Shown piece after piece: positions 38,773 through 52,899 of a DNA stretch of 64,000 nucleotides. A model generated the notes under the pieces. It did not search any database and was not told the DNA's origin. It was given only the letters and a program-made list of their open reading frames with translations. The first letter of the stretch is position 1; each line of letters begins with the position of its first letter. The stretch lies in the NCBI RefSeq assembly GCF_022539665.2, contig NC_081331.1, positions 6,820,001-6,884,000 on the forward strand, read 5' to 3'. Position numbers and translations under genes: made by a program. The DNA is from Daphnia carinata. Taxonomy: Eukaryota.

Positions 38773-41700
38773 GGCTTTTGAATTGTTCCGGCGATCCAGC
38801 CAATGCTTTGACAAATCTTCGGGAAGAAGAAATAGACAAGTTCTTATGTTTACAAGGCTGTTTTACCATCGACGTGAAAAGCAATCATTCAACTTCATCC
38901 TTTTATTATGTAGATGATGAGATCGAAGGAGATTATGCGCTGACGTCGCTCAGAGACTGCAACAAAACTAAGTAAAAGAGGGGGAACAAGAAAACGAACG
39001 GAAAAATAAAAGGCTCCGCCTAGCAGCAAGAAGCGCCAGTCTCGTATAATTGCAGTTTCCGGAGCCAATTGGCGTGAAATGGACCCGCTGTGTTGCGTGC
39101 CGTTTACGTATACAACTACATAATATATATCGCCTGTATTCTCCTGAGCATCAGCACAAACACACACAACACATACACACAGCAGGCTCGTAAAAGTCTG
39201 TGGAACGAGAGGGAGAGGGAAGAGTAGGGTTGGATGAGACCAAACTGAACAGATTTACCAAGTGAAATTACCCTCGGGGATAGGTCGTTTTGTTCAACCA
39301 TCTCCCTCAGCTCCAGTACGTTACACTTGCACGCCGAGTAGATCGGAGCCGTTCTAGCTGTCGAGGGGATCTACGCGCAAAGATGCTCGAGCAGTTCAAA
39401 TCCCGTATGATCCAGCAAAAGTCGACAAGAGAATAAAGAAAATGATATCGTTTAGACGGGTGAAACGCACACTGGTCGCCTTTTCTCCCTTTCCTCATCG
39501 TCGCTAAAAAGCAATTTGCATTTCAACTTGCTACCAGTTTGCGAGATAGGGCCGTACGCGACAGTCATGCTCAACACTTTATTAGCATATATATAGATCA
39601 GTGAAACTCTGGTTGATCCCCACTGCCGCGATGGTTCCTACCATTTTGGCTGATACTCGCCTAAAGTCACTATAACCCGTCGGGGCTTTATGTATTACGG
39701 TCGTAATACATTTTTTTTTTTTTTGCTTGTGCGTATTATTCTATATGTGCCCAACAAATCCGTTTTCTATTTTCAGGACGTGACATTTGGATTCAATCAA
39801 AAACTCTTTGCATAAACAAAAGCGACTAGATACTTGTCTTATTACCAAGCTATTCGCTAAGTCTTATTTGATTATAAGAGACGATGGCTACGTCTTAATC
39901 TTTCTCTAGTATATGCAAGAATACTGTGCGTTTTGGAAGTAGAAATTTCTCGCCGACTTTCAAGTGCATGGCTCCATTACTTTGCTTCAATGAGTGTGCG
40001 AACTAAATGTGTAATACAAAAATGGAAGTTGTGTCTATATTAGGGATGGAAACATTCTTCTTTGCTTCTAAATGATGTTCTTTTTGAGGATGCAATTTGA
40101 TTTTGTCTAAGAATAAACAGATAATTTTTCAAATTAACGTATCAGAAGCGGAGTCATCCCAAATTATTATTCTATTGTCTCATTTACAGGAGTATCATAC
40201 TCGCAAGAAGACCATGTTTAATGATGATTATCAAAGTTAATTAAGTTTTGATAAAATCATAAAGAAGTTGAAGTTCCTCTATACTCGGCTCGACACCAGC
40301 GTCGGTTCATTACGCAGTTACTCGTTGTGGTGGGAATGCAGCTATTGGATTCGGAAGCAGAGCGAATGGCATAGCGGCGGCGTCGACCATCGTTCTTTTA
40401 TAGGGTTGTTTCTTGTGGGCGCCGACTGACAAAACATGACCCATGCCATCGTGTTGACTTATAACTGTTGCGACTAGTTCAGCAAAAGGGATTGGGGCGG
40501 TCATAGGGCTTGATTACATGATTATCTCTCACAGCACTGCTCCCTTTTCTTTTGTTTGCTACTAGATTGTACTCTTCACGCTATGATACCCTGTTTTTGT
40601 TGGAAGGCGTCGGCTAGTGTAAGTAATACGCGGAAATCCTTTCGGGAGTCTTACTATGAAACCATGGATAGAGACAAGAAACAGTATAATACAAGTATTT
40701 TGAATTACCTTCTGCGAGTGATACGCTAGACAATTATTGTCTGTGATGGCGGTTTATGTTAGGCTGTACAGTAGAAAGCATTATAACATGGGTTAGCCAA
40801 TAAAAAGCTCCAGCTGGTGATTTTTGGACATTACGTTGTAAAAACGCATTTCTTTCAACCAGTAATAAAAAATAAAACAAAAGATGGTGAAGGAGAAACG
40901 GGAAAAGTTAATCAACGGGTTGACTTTCACGTTGCAGTGCTTTAGTTTGCAAAGCTACGCGTGAATAATAATCAACAAAAATAGATTTTTTTAGGTGCAA
41001 AGTTTTTGGGTTTTGCAGGGTCAACAACCGAAGCGCGGTTCGATACAAATTAGTGTTTAAATTTTACGTATAGGATTATGGTCAAAGGGCCGCATTTAGG
41101 CCTGTTCGTAATAATACTTAGGATATTGAAGTACAGATAAAATCTTGAATGGATTTCGGTTTCATGTGAACCGTATGACTAGGTCATCTGGTGAGTCCAG
41201 ATTCTTCTTACTTAAAAACAAGTTTACAGTTTAGATGAATATCTACTGGCGGCCGGCCGCTCTGACGGCGTCAAATAAAAGAAAAGTAGTAAGCACGGCA
41301 GAGTTAAGCGTAGTGGAAATGAGAGAATGGAGCGAGAGCCACGTGCTGCACTTGAGACCCTGCCGAAATTGGATGGGTCTTTTGTCTTGTATTTCATTGC
41401 GATGATATTGAACAGCAGGGAAGTCTAGAAAGAGATTGGACAGGGGTTAAAAGAGTTTGCATTCGGTTCTATCGACAAACTGTGCCCTTCATGGAAAACA
41501 GTTGCGCGCAGGCACACGCCGTCGGCTTTCGGCGGATAACAATGGCGCCGCCGACGCCTCTCGTGCTCGCAAACACGCACCGCCTTCAATGCCGATAACG
41601 AAATCGCTACGTAAATATCAGGTCAAGTTTCACTCTTTTTCGTAGCCTTAGACGAAGTTGTTACATTCCGGAATCTAGAATTAGAGGCCTAGACTATTCG

Positions 41701-42783
41701 AAGGCTCACTGTGGATGTTGTGTTGAACAATGCGATTTTCTTTTAATGTATTATCCATAATATACACGGCTTCAAATAATGGATTTTGATTGGTTCATTT
41801 TGTAACAGCGCATTAAACCGTATTAAATGCAAAACAAGTTGGTACTAAACTGGAGGGTTCATCAAATGGTTTAGCCACAGACCGGAGAATAAGGATATGC
41901 TGTAATCCAGTATTAATTTTGCTGCAACCGAATGAAAATCTTCAAACACTTCTGATTGCCTAATATCAAATCCTTTAAGATCTATCGATAGTATTCGCCA
42001 AAAGGTGCCATATCTCGTATTGTTAAAAGTGACGAAAAGATGCACTTTGAAATAAAATAAGAAGTGAAATGCACGGGACGGGAATAAAAAATAGCTGGTT
42101 TTAACTCTTTGAACAATCATTTAAAAATATATTTCAGATAATGGTAATACTAAGCTGCGGGAAAGTCCCCCGTTTCGTGAAACTGTGTCTAGTTCGTTTT
42201 TCTCTGGAGAACAGAAATATCCGAAAGTATATCAATGGGAGCATACTAATCTGATTCAAACTTGCTCTTTACGCTTGTCTTTCTCTCCCGTCTGACAAAC
42301 TTCCTCTTTCCATGTTATACTGATCTCAATGGGTTTCTAGTGTGCACTTTCAGTCCGACGCTGCAGATGGGAGGAGACAAGTTGAAAGCAAAACCCCGGT
42401 TCACTCTTCACCCGCCTCCTCCATTTGGGAGCTTGACGTTTTGGCATTTCAACCGGAACAAATCGTCTCCCACTCTCCATCTTTCCCTCCACTCCCTCTC
42501 GATCTCGTTCCTTCACTCTTAACTCGGCTTCCTAATCTCAGCCTGTCACGCGGATCGTCGCCTCTTCGCGTTTTATGTATAGTGTCGTTCGTCGTAAGAC
42601 AAACTTTTCATCCGTTCAATTTCGAGATTTCAGTCGATAAAGCTTTGTCACTGGCTGGTCTATCATGGGTTACAAGATCTACATCATGGATTGTGGCTAG
42701 CATAGTTAATTTCATTATTTTCCTAGATCCAAAATAAGAAAAGCATATTTCTAAAAATTCACAGTGTATTCTTTTTTTTAACC

Positions 42784-43143
42784 CTACTGTTCTTCATCTT
42801 CTTCTTCATCGCAAAAAGAAAGCAAACTAGACTTCTTAGCAGAACTTTGGTCACTTTCTTTTTTTTCACTAGGTGCAAGTTCTTCTTTCTTTGTTTTTTT
42901 GCTGTTTGAAAGATCATTGTCACTATGTGGATTTGACGTTTTAGTTCTTTTTTTCTGTGGCTTGAAAGTTATTTTCCCCTTCTCAATGAGTTCTTTTTCT
43001 TCTTCTCGTTTCAGCTCAACTTCTTCTCTTGCTGCCTCTTCGGCAGTTAGGTCACCTGTTCGTAGAACCACCACAGTTGGTTTTTCATCCTCTTTTTCTT
43101 CTAGATATTCATCATCTTCACTATTATCAACATAAGTTTCTCT
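42784..43143 (-). CDS. KIAA1143: KIAA1143 homolog (DUF4604), coding exon 2
   Basis: TTCTTCAG acceptor ending at 43144; EDEKPTVVVLRTGDLTAEE and the C-terminal SSLLSF plus acidic tail match KIAA1143 family motifs; TAG at 42786-42784. Confidence 0.92.
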   Translation of the reverse strand, partial: RETYVDNSEDDEYLEEKEDEKPTVVVLRTGDLTAEEAAREEVELKREEEKELIEKGKITFKPQKKRTKTSNPHSDNDLSNSKKTKKEELAPSEKKESDQSSAKKSSLLSFCDEEEDEEQ

Positions 43144-43178
43144 CTGAAGAATAAATAATTTGAAGTGCAATTGTTCTA

Positions 43179-43828
<650 letters not shown>

Positions 43829-43990
43829 ATGGGGAGAAAACAAGCTCTTAAAACGTTAAAGGAAAAGGCGGTTGTCGAAAAAACGGTTGTGTTTAAATGT
43901 AACCAAAAACGTAAACGATTCAGCCAACCTTTGAAAGAATCGAACAAACCATCAACCGTACGAGACCGGAAAAATTCCCTTACAAAACTG
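43829..43990 (+). CDS. Uncharacterised basic/acidic nuclear-type protein, exon 1
   Basis: ATG 43829, 54 codons, KRKR NLS-like motif; CTG|GTATTT donor; 65-nt intron joins the next ORF in frame. Confidence 0.65.
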
Positions 43991-44055
43991 GTATTTTTAA
44001 ACCTTTGCTTGTTTGCTTATAATATCTCTACGATATTTTACATTGCTCCCTGTAG

Positions 44056-44347
44056 TTGAAAGCCCTAGAAACATCTAGTGGAATCAATGCAATGCTGTTC
44101 CTTCACTCACCAAATTGGAAAAAGTCCTCAGTAAGAATCAGAGTTTACGGGAGACTAGGAAGAAGAATGAAAAAGACTCCAGCCTTTAAGTTAATCCAAA
44201 AAACTTTTTACAAAGAAGTTTCTTTATTCAATAAGACCCGCCCTCCTCCAGCTGAGGATAGAAATGCTCTTTATGTACACACAGAGGATGAACCAAATCC
44301 AGCTGAAGATGAAACACTTGCTGAAGATGAAAAAGTTCTGGATGATG
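44056..44347 (+). CDS. Uncharacterised protein, exon 2
   Basis: CCCTGTAG acceptor ending at 44055; open frame; G|GTGAGT phase-1 donor; 67-nt intron. Confidence 0.7.
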
Positions 44348-44414
44348 GTGAGTTGTGTAATTAAGCTTTTTCATTTTGAACTGTATATAATATTTGTCCT
44401 TTTTAAAATTTTAG

Positions 44415-45014
44415 CTCTGCAGGCAATGCCCAGCTATAAGGGTGAACATCTAAATGATGACATACCTAGTGAATTTGAGAGTGAAGATGAAGGTGACGAA
44501 TCAGATAAAGACCTTATCTACATGTCAGATGAAGATGACAATAAAGATGTTCCTACAACATCCAAGAACAATCCAATGGTTATCTTGCCTGGAATTAATG
44601 CTTTGGCAGCCTTGCTTAATCTCACACCAGTTGCAGCATCGACTAGTGCCGTTCCTGTAACTATCCCCGCTACTCGCACTCCTGTTACTGTTTCGTCTAC
44701 CTTCCCCTTAAAGGTCAAATCATCACCAGCCCTTACTCCTGTTACTACCTCTTCTAGTACCGATTCCAAGGACATCACGCCAAGTTGTGTTGAAACCCCA
44801 ACGAAGAAAATGGACGAAGTAGCAATGAAAAAAAAGGAATTATTGAATAAAAAAAGAAGAGAAAAGTACCAAGCCAGCGATAAATGCAAACATGGTAGCC
44901 GAACAATATATGCCAGCGATGATGATGAACGTCCGCTGAAAAAAGGCAAAACAAGCCATGATAAAAGCGTCTCGAATTCTAAGGACGAAATTGACAATGC
45001 AAGCTCTTCATCAG
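44415..45014 (+). CDS. Uncharacterised protein, exon 3 (acidic, S/T/P-rich and basic low-complexity segments)
   Basis: TTTTAG acceptor ending at 44414 joins in frame; 200 open codons with protein-like composition; CAG|GTATTA donor. Confidence 0.72.
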
Positions 45015-45077
45015 GTATTATTTTTAAAAGAACGATTATCCTATTAAAAATATTGGTATTATAATAGTCGTTCTTAG

Positions 45078-45157
45078 ATTTACCTAATGCGTCCAATATC
45101 GATGAAAAGTCCGATACGGTAACTGTGGCAGAGCAGCTTGAAGCAGAGTGGCAGTAA
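45078..45157 (+). CDS. Uncharacterised protein, exon 4 (stop may be premature)
   Basis: TTCTTAG acceptor ending at 45077 after a 63-nt intron; DLPNASNIDEKSDTVTVAEQLEAEWQ then TAA. Confidence 0.55.
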
Positions 45158-46095
45158 TGGAGCTTCAAAAAGCTCTCGAATAAAATGAGGAAGACAATGA
45201 CAATTCAGGTATGTCAAATTCCTTTCTTATTGTACTAATACCATTCAAATAATGTGTATTTCATTATGGTATTCGGTAAACTAGGATGTACGTGCCACTT
45301 AGGGGGATGGGGTTATACAGGAGATTTTCGAAGGCTGTGCGCGCAAGGAAAGGTGAAAGAGGGAAAGGTGAAAGTGCGTGACGGATTTTCTATGGACCAA
45401 TTGCATCTGTGTTGTCGAGTTTGAGGCTTGTGGGTGGGAGGTAACACTGAGCATTGCATGGGATCTCCCCTCTGAACTTGCAGCATCTTTCGTAAAATGC
45501 TTAACACCGGGCAAGCGTTGGTATCCAGGAAAAGAAGGCATTGCCCCTACGCGAACCTCTTATGCGACGCTGGTTTGGAAAGCATCTCCAGCCATGAAGC
45601 CGGCAATATTTTTTTTTTGGTTGAAATAAATTCTTATCGTTCCACAAAGAATTTTGACAGGATCGTGTTGAACTCCTAATGGGCTCACCACAAAATTCGT
45701 ATCCGAGAGCATCCGTGTTCATAACAAAAGTTCCAAGCAAGATTATCATTACAACAAATTTGACATCTTGTTCTCGTTTAACAATTTCAAGACGTAAAGA
45801 AACTTTTTTTCCCTCCTAAAGCTTAAAGGGCAAGGGTAAATTGAGATGTGAGCGTGTTTAACGCAAAAAGATTTGAAATCCAATTCGGGTTTCATGCGTG
45901 GAACGCCGAAATCAACGTGAGATGGCACCACCATTGCACGACCGCAATTTCTTTCCCCTATTTTTCTTGATTGGCATTGGAACCATCCCGCCACAAGTCC
46001 CGCGTTTTATATTATCACGGCCGTGTTTACAAAAAAATGTTTTCAATTTCCTTTGCCGATTTTCCCCCATTTTACCTGAATTTTTCTGTGGCTTT

Positions 46096-46167
46096 CCTCA
46101 GTTTTCCATTGTTTGTCAGTATGCTCTCCTCCCTCAGTTTTCCATTGTTTTCCAGTCTGCTCTTGTT
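46096..46167. repeat. 36-bp tandem duplication (two imperfect copies)
   Basis: CCTCAGTTTTCCATTGTTT(GT/TC)CAGT(A/C)TGCTCT starting at 46096 and 46132. Confidence 0.85.
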
Positions 46168-49100
46168 TCCAATAAATTAGTAACTTTTGTTTGATTTCTC
46201 AATCACTTGGCTAACTAGAATATCAAATTTGAATAAAATTTTACTAGCAAGCCTAGGTGTTTGCAAGTGTGATTCATTCGGCCTAATTCTTGTCGTGTGT
46301 TTATTATCCTTTCCGGAAAAGATACGTAGGTGATTTCTGACAAACTGGGTTGCTTCCATCAAGCAATGGCTATTCTTATCTCTGCCCCCAAGCGAAGATG
46401 TGCGTCGCTGTTTTTACCTCTTCATACATGCGCAGGTGGAACAAACAAACATCATTCGCCTGAACCACCAAGCCTCCAACAGCAAGCGGCATCTAGTAAC
46501 AAACAAACAAGGCGCAGCAAACCTTGAACTCGGAATTCCGGTGCTTCCTGTTCCCCATGCAAACGAAGAAGGCCGAAAATTGAGGCCCTATGCCAAAGCT
46601 TAAGCAATTAAAAGAATTCTCGTAGAGAAAGCGTTTTTTTACTGGACGATGGAACGGATTACATTGAAAGCACAATTAACGCAATAGTTTAATATTTGAT
46701 TGGTATGTGGGAGAGACCTAAATTTCACCGATGCTGGGGTATACGTCAAGATAATTAAAAATCCCTAATTCTGGCACGGTTCAACTGGCACTTTCACTTC
46801 ATTTATTAATTGTTTTTAAGCCAAAGAAAAGCCAGCCTACAAGTGATATCAGATTTAAGATGAATGACAACTAATTGCTTGGGTAAGAATGCGTCTCTGC
46901 CCACATGAACAGCAATAGTGCGACAAACCATCATCAGCAAGGTATAGTGCTTACATTTTGAATAATTCCACTTAGAATAATACGCGATTTCAACGCATGC
47001 AATCCTCTGATTTAATTTCTTAATTTCAAGTGCGTCTTGATGGAACCCTGCTGTAGGAACGTGGTATTTAACGCGAGTTTCTTAGAATGAGAGAAACAAC
47101 TGCGCAACTCGATGAGTAAAGAATTGTGACAGGCAAGATGGATTCAAAACTCTAGCTGTCGACTTGTTTTCTTTCGTCATCTTTCATGAATCATATGCAT
47201 CAAAACGACCACCTTTGTGTGATGACGTGCTGTTATCTACTACAGTCCCGTTTGGGATTATGAGTCAAAGTTGACGCGCTAGCATTTCTCAGTTAAAAAG
47301 TGTGCCGTAGCTTTTTAAGTTAAGCTTCATTACTGTCTTTCTTTCTTTGTCTTTTTCTTGTTATTACATTTGTTGTCATTTTCCTTCTTTGTGTGTTGCG
47401 CAAGTTTCCTTGAAGCTTTTCGTTTGTCTAACAATTTTAGTGTTTTTTTTTAAGTATAGAAATAAACCTTTAGATAACAGTAAAACTTTCTTATGGCAAC
47501 CAAAATTTTCAAATCAACAAAGCATTGAAATCAGTGTTAGATAACGATAACTTTGTTCGAACTCAACTGATGCAATTGTCACGTAGTACCGCACAAGGAT
47601 GCAAGGATCCTACGTAAGAGAATGTTCGTTTATCAAGGCATTGATTGATTTTGTCTCATAAGTTTTCTTCCAATTAACTAGTAGTAAACAAAGGGAATTC
47701 CCCGCTTTAAGCAATATGGTAAGATTAATCAATTTCATACTTTTTCATCTTCATCCTTTTCTTCATCCATTTCCTTCTTTGGGCTTTCCTGAAAAACCGT
47801 TGTTTTACATATTAGCGTATCACACGTTAATTCCCTTGGATTTTTTTGTAAACATTTAAAAGCGCAGAACACGCAAAAAAACAAAAATTGGGGACGCTTA
47901 GAATTTCATGTTGAATATAACGTCATTATAAAACAGATTGAATCCTGAGCATAGTTTACCTTTATAACTTTCTCGATCGTGTGTTCTGGACGGTGCGAAA
48001 TTAAACGATAAAAAATCTTAACGTGCCATAGTTAACATGCAGTATCGAAATAATGTACTTTGCTATCATGATGCATGTTTTTTAATGTTTAAATGTCGTG
48101 GATTATAGTTATTCATGGTTGGTATGTGTGTGGCTTCGACGAAATTGAAAAGGAATTGCGTTTAAATTCCCTATTATTAAATACGACCCCGGCGTTTAGG
48201 GTTAGTTTGCATACGCACTTAAACAAAAAATGCGCTGTTGACTTTACAATTTTCCCGTCCATCTCATTGGTCATCGAACTCTTACGTGTGCGTGCAGCCC
48301 GAGAAATGAATGGGCCAAATCTACTGGGTGTTCATTCTTCTGTTTTCTTTTAACGTATCCTTCACTCTCTTGTGTCGACATTCTAAAAAGAGGTCATGTA
48401 CACCGGACGTGTTATATTCTCCTAGTTAACCTACAGTATGTGCGGTTACCTATAGGTTTAACGCTTGTTGAACTCAACTTTGACTCCTATCCAATCAACC
48501 ACAATGACGATAAATTGGCCTAGCTAGAGAATAAATAGGGAAATGGAATTGCGTTGCGGATCAACTGCTTTGCTTATAAATGAAAAAAAAATAATAATAA
48601 TGGCTTCCAGTCTAAACTCTGAATTTGCATATTTTTAAAATTCTTAACGACAGCGGCCCCAACGAACAGCTTCGATATCAATGGTATACTCATGGCCAGT
48701 TTATTCACGTTAGCCTTTTGTTGTCGCTTTTTATTCTCCTGTACAAGAGAAAAAATTGGATTAGACGACAACAAAATACCAACAAATTAACTGGGCAGCT
48801 TATATTTATTCATAGCTTTTCCTTCTATTTCAGTTAGCTGAATGACTTGTACGACCTTTCCTGCTGATGTTTATTGGCTGGCACCGCAGGCATTCTGATG
48901 AACGAATTTGTCCGGTTTTTATATGAAAGCAGCACAGCGCTGCAGCACTTGTTTTTGGGACTGTGTGCATACAGTAGTAACAAACCAGACTAGATTTTAG
49001 AAATTTTTTTTTTTTTCGACGAAACAAAGAAAAACAAAACGATGCATATTTGAATAAACTTATTTGAAGATAATTGCCGTACTACAAATACTTAGCAAAT

Positions 49101-52100
49101 CATAAACCAAGATTTTTAATAGGTATGCGAGCCCTTCGCAAAGAATTTCAAGCAATTTTCGAACAGAGAATTATTAAATATAGCAGAGGTGATTAGGTGG
49201 TGCTCACACTAGCCCTTTTATCCGGCAGGCTAAGCCTTTAGGCTTTTAAAACTTTAATTTTCTTGAAATTAAAGATAAACGTTTAGCTTTTACAGTCGAA
49301 AATAACAATAATTCACTACTTAATAATAGCGTGTTCACCTTCTGATGCCACCAGCTGGCTCGTAAACACTAAGTTTTCTCTGTATCTTTTTTGTCCTTCC
49401 ATTGTAAGTAGGGCACAATTTTGAAAATTGTTTCTTTTCTTTTTTTTTTTTTTTTGTTAGTCTTGTAGCAAAATAAAAATAAATGGATACTTTGAATTTG
49501 AAAAGGAACACTAATGAGAGAGGTGGGAGGTCGATTATTAATTTGGTATAGCTAGCGGCGCTTAATTAGCCCAAGACGAAGCAAACAACAGGTGTGGAAA
49601 TCGCATTATAAACTACATTCGATCGGCTGATTAAATCGCACAGATTATCTCAACGAGCAATCAAAAGAAGGGAAATGGTGCCAAAAAAAACCTTTCATTA
49701 TTCGTTTTTTTTTCATATTCATTTGTACTTCAAGAAGGAAAGGGGTTTCCGTTTGCACTGAAGATCGAGGCTCACTACACTCGTTTCGCTTAAAGAAACG
49801 GTGGACCACGTAGAGAGTTGGAGGCTAATGAAACAGCAAGGGTCAATTAACCTCTCGACTCGACCACAACCCTTCATGGTCTTCGTGCTCCAGGCAGACA
49901 TTAGTTTGCCTTTTTTTCTACCAGTTGTAGATTTACAAGCACGACATACCCTATATTGACTCTTGGCGAAGGGAGGAGGCATGTAAATGTAAAGAACAAA
50001 TAAAAACCTCCCTCTGCTACCTTTAAACCCATAAGAGAATAACCGCGTCTCTGCCATATCTTTATGCTAAAGAAATGTGAATAGCAATCGAAAGGAAATT
50101 CTGCTTGATTTGCATACATTCTACCGCCCTTTTTCCCTCCTGTAACACAAGACAGGACGTCCTCATTTAATTATAGGGGACAGTAGTATTTCCGAATTTT
50201 TTGAAGAACGGATGTGTACATACAATCAGTAGACCCTTAATGTATGCAGCATCGAAGCATTTCGAAAAGAAACAAAATGAGGTTAACTCTCGTATTTTGA
50301 ATGTAATTGCTAACAACAACCAGCTTATTTACAACTATGTTTTATTTTTTATTTAAATACCACCTTACATTACGAGCTACCGATTTACCTTTAAAATCGC
50401 GATTAGCTGGTCGTATAAGTTCGATTTAGCGATCAAATCTTGTAACAGTAAGAATGGTTCATGGCCGCTTATAAGAGTTTCACCAATCTTATGTTTGATT
50501 CCATTTTATTGGCGATATATATTTTTAAAAAATGTCCTTATATACTTTCCGGTCGTTAACTGTTTTACTTTCGTGCTTTTTGATGGCAATCAAACTTAAG
50601 TGGTCACTTCCGAAAGACGGTCCATTGTTTAAAACATTTAGTTTCAGTTGCTGCGTTGGTTTCTATAGACAAGAATTGCATCTGTAATGATTGCTGTAAA
50701 AGGGTTTAGTTAATTTTTTATTTCATTTTTTATTATCATTATTATTATTCTTTTTTAACCTGGACGATTTAAGCTACCATTGGTTCCCTGTCAGTTCCAT
50801 CACAATGGGTATCCTCGTATATTTAAGTCACAAAATCTAATTACCATGCGGGATCAGTAGCTCGATCAAGTTAGTTGAACGCCAGGCGGGACAAAAGGCC
50901 ATTAAGCCAAGTGTTTTTTTTTTTTCTTTTTGTGTTTTTTTAAATCCTATAAAAAAAATTACCTGTGCATCTTGATGATTCTTGCTCCATAGTAGTTTTT
51001 ATTGTTGCTTATCGTTAGAATCAGTTTGCATGACGACCCGAAACGCCTGAAACCAAACAAAAAGCGCTCACTCGTGCACGATTGCGTGAGACAGACTTAA
51101 TACATTTTCAAGCCCCCCCTTCCTCTGTTCTTGATCATGATCTTGTCAAACTCTGGTAAGTCATTCAGCCTTTTATAAAGCAGGAGCAGTGTAGCAATCG
51201 AAAATCCTGTTTATATTATACGTGTGTGCGTATCACTGGTACGCCTATTTCTTTATGCACGAAAACTTGTAATATAATTGAAGTTTTCATTTAATTTATT
51301 TTGACTGACGACCGACCAGCAGTCCAAACTTCAGCACACGTCTTGTTATATCGTATATGCGCACTGACGATTAGATCTATATACTTACGTACGTAGCTAT
51401 ATACAATGTCTTTAGGAACCGCAGCCATACGATATTCTTCCTCAACTAGTTGTAAAATAACGTAACGTGGCAACGTATATTTTGCTTTCTATTTGGAGTA
51501 GAATGATTCCTTCCTCACAGTTTATTCACACATCGATTCAATCAAGAGGTGTAACACACCTGAACAGTTACAGCCTTCACTTATCATTCAAAACTAACGG
51601 CGCCATTTGATATTCGAACGATCGTTTGGAGAACGAAAACTTCAACAACAGCATAATAGCTGTACTTCATCCCATCTATTTAAAAAAATAATAATAATAA
51701 AAGCATGTAATACAATTGTCGCACGTTGCTGTAGCAGCAATTCTGTTAAGATTGAAACCCGTCCTGCTCGCGGCAAGAATGAAACGTTTAGACCTTGAAC
51801 ACGAACACTCTTTTCATGCCACTAACGCGATACACAAGAAAGCACATAAAAAACGGAGGCTAAATTATATGTCATACGACAGGTTAGAAGAAATTAAACA
51901 TCCCGAACATCAACGCTGACATCCTACCAATTTTTTTTTTCACCTAATGGTGTCAATAGCGGAATCGTGCTAGATTTAGCATGGTGGTCAAGGTACACCT
52001 GGGCTGCTATAAAACGTATAAATGTACACGTATCTACACTTTATTTCTTTTTTCTTCTTTTCTATCACTGATCTATGATGGGACAATAAGCAATCCATTT

Positions 52101-52899
52101 ATTTTATTTTAAGAAGACCAAAAAAACAAAATACTGTATCGGGAGAAAAGCCTACAGGATGTGGGAGGAAATAGGGCGGCGTGGAGTTTCAGCTTTTTAT
52201 ATATTGTATTATATAGTTGGACTGTGTTTAGCCCGAAGCTCAAACCTATAATCACTAAGCGATAATCGTAAATCCTTGACGCCCGTCGTGCATCTGTTAT
52301 TTCAAGTCGAGATTTTTATGACCGACTAAACGCAATAATCATCCTTTGATTAAAAATTTTATTGGATATATATATAGAGATAGCGTTCAGGGTGCGACAA
52401 GGCTGCGTCATCTAATACGACTATTATTGTGTCCAAATTTTATTCGGCTATTTCATTGTGGAAAAAAACCCTGCGTCAATAAGAGGTAGTTAGCAAAAAT
52501 TGAAGAAAAACCCACGCAATGAAAAAACAAAACACGGTGATAAATAGTTTTGTTTCGTTTTTCTTGGCCATCACGAATCTACTGTTTTAACATTTCTTTC
52601 GATACTACAGCCATGCAGTTGAAATCGCACAAACAACATTTTTTTCGCCCGTTTGGACAGAATAATTGTTGTTACCTCCATTTCTTCTGTTTAAGGCGAA
52701 AGGCTCCACACCCAACACTTAAACGCTTCGTCTCAATTGCCAAAAGAGAAGACAAGTTTTCTTCGATATGTCAGCTTCTGTGCTGTCGGTTGACTATAGT
52801 ACTGATGTCTCAGAGCTCAAACAAACGGAGCGCATTCCTCACACTTGGTCAGCATCGCATACCCAGACGATAACACAAGCTGACGCAAGAATCGAGCAA

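Noticed and set aside
39690..39724. 10-bp stem followed by a T run, resembling a bacterial intrinsic terminator
   Set aside because: Eukaryotic context; AT-rich 10-bp stems and T runs are expected by chance here
41037..41049. GGTTCGATAC B-box/tRNA T-loop-like motif
   Set aside because: No T-stem, A-box or cloverleaf
44518..45168. 216-aa minus-strand ORF
   Set aside because: Antisense shadow of the plus-strand exons 3-4
51547..51561. AGGTGT-AAC-ACACCT inverted T-box half-sites
   Set aside because: The full half-sites overlap and are imperfect; 6-bp arms are common by chance
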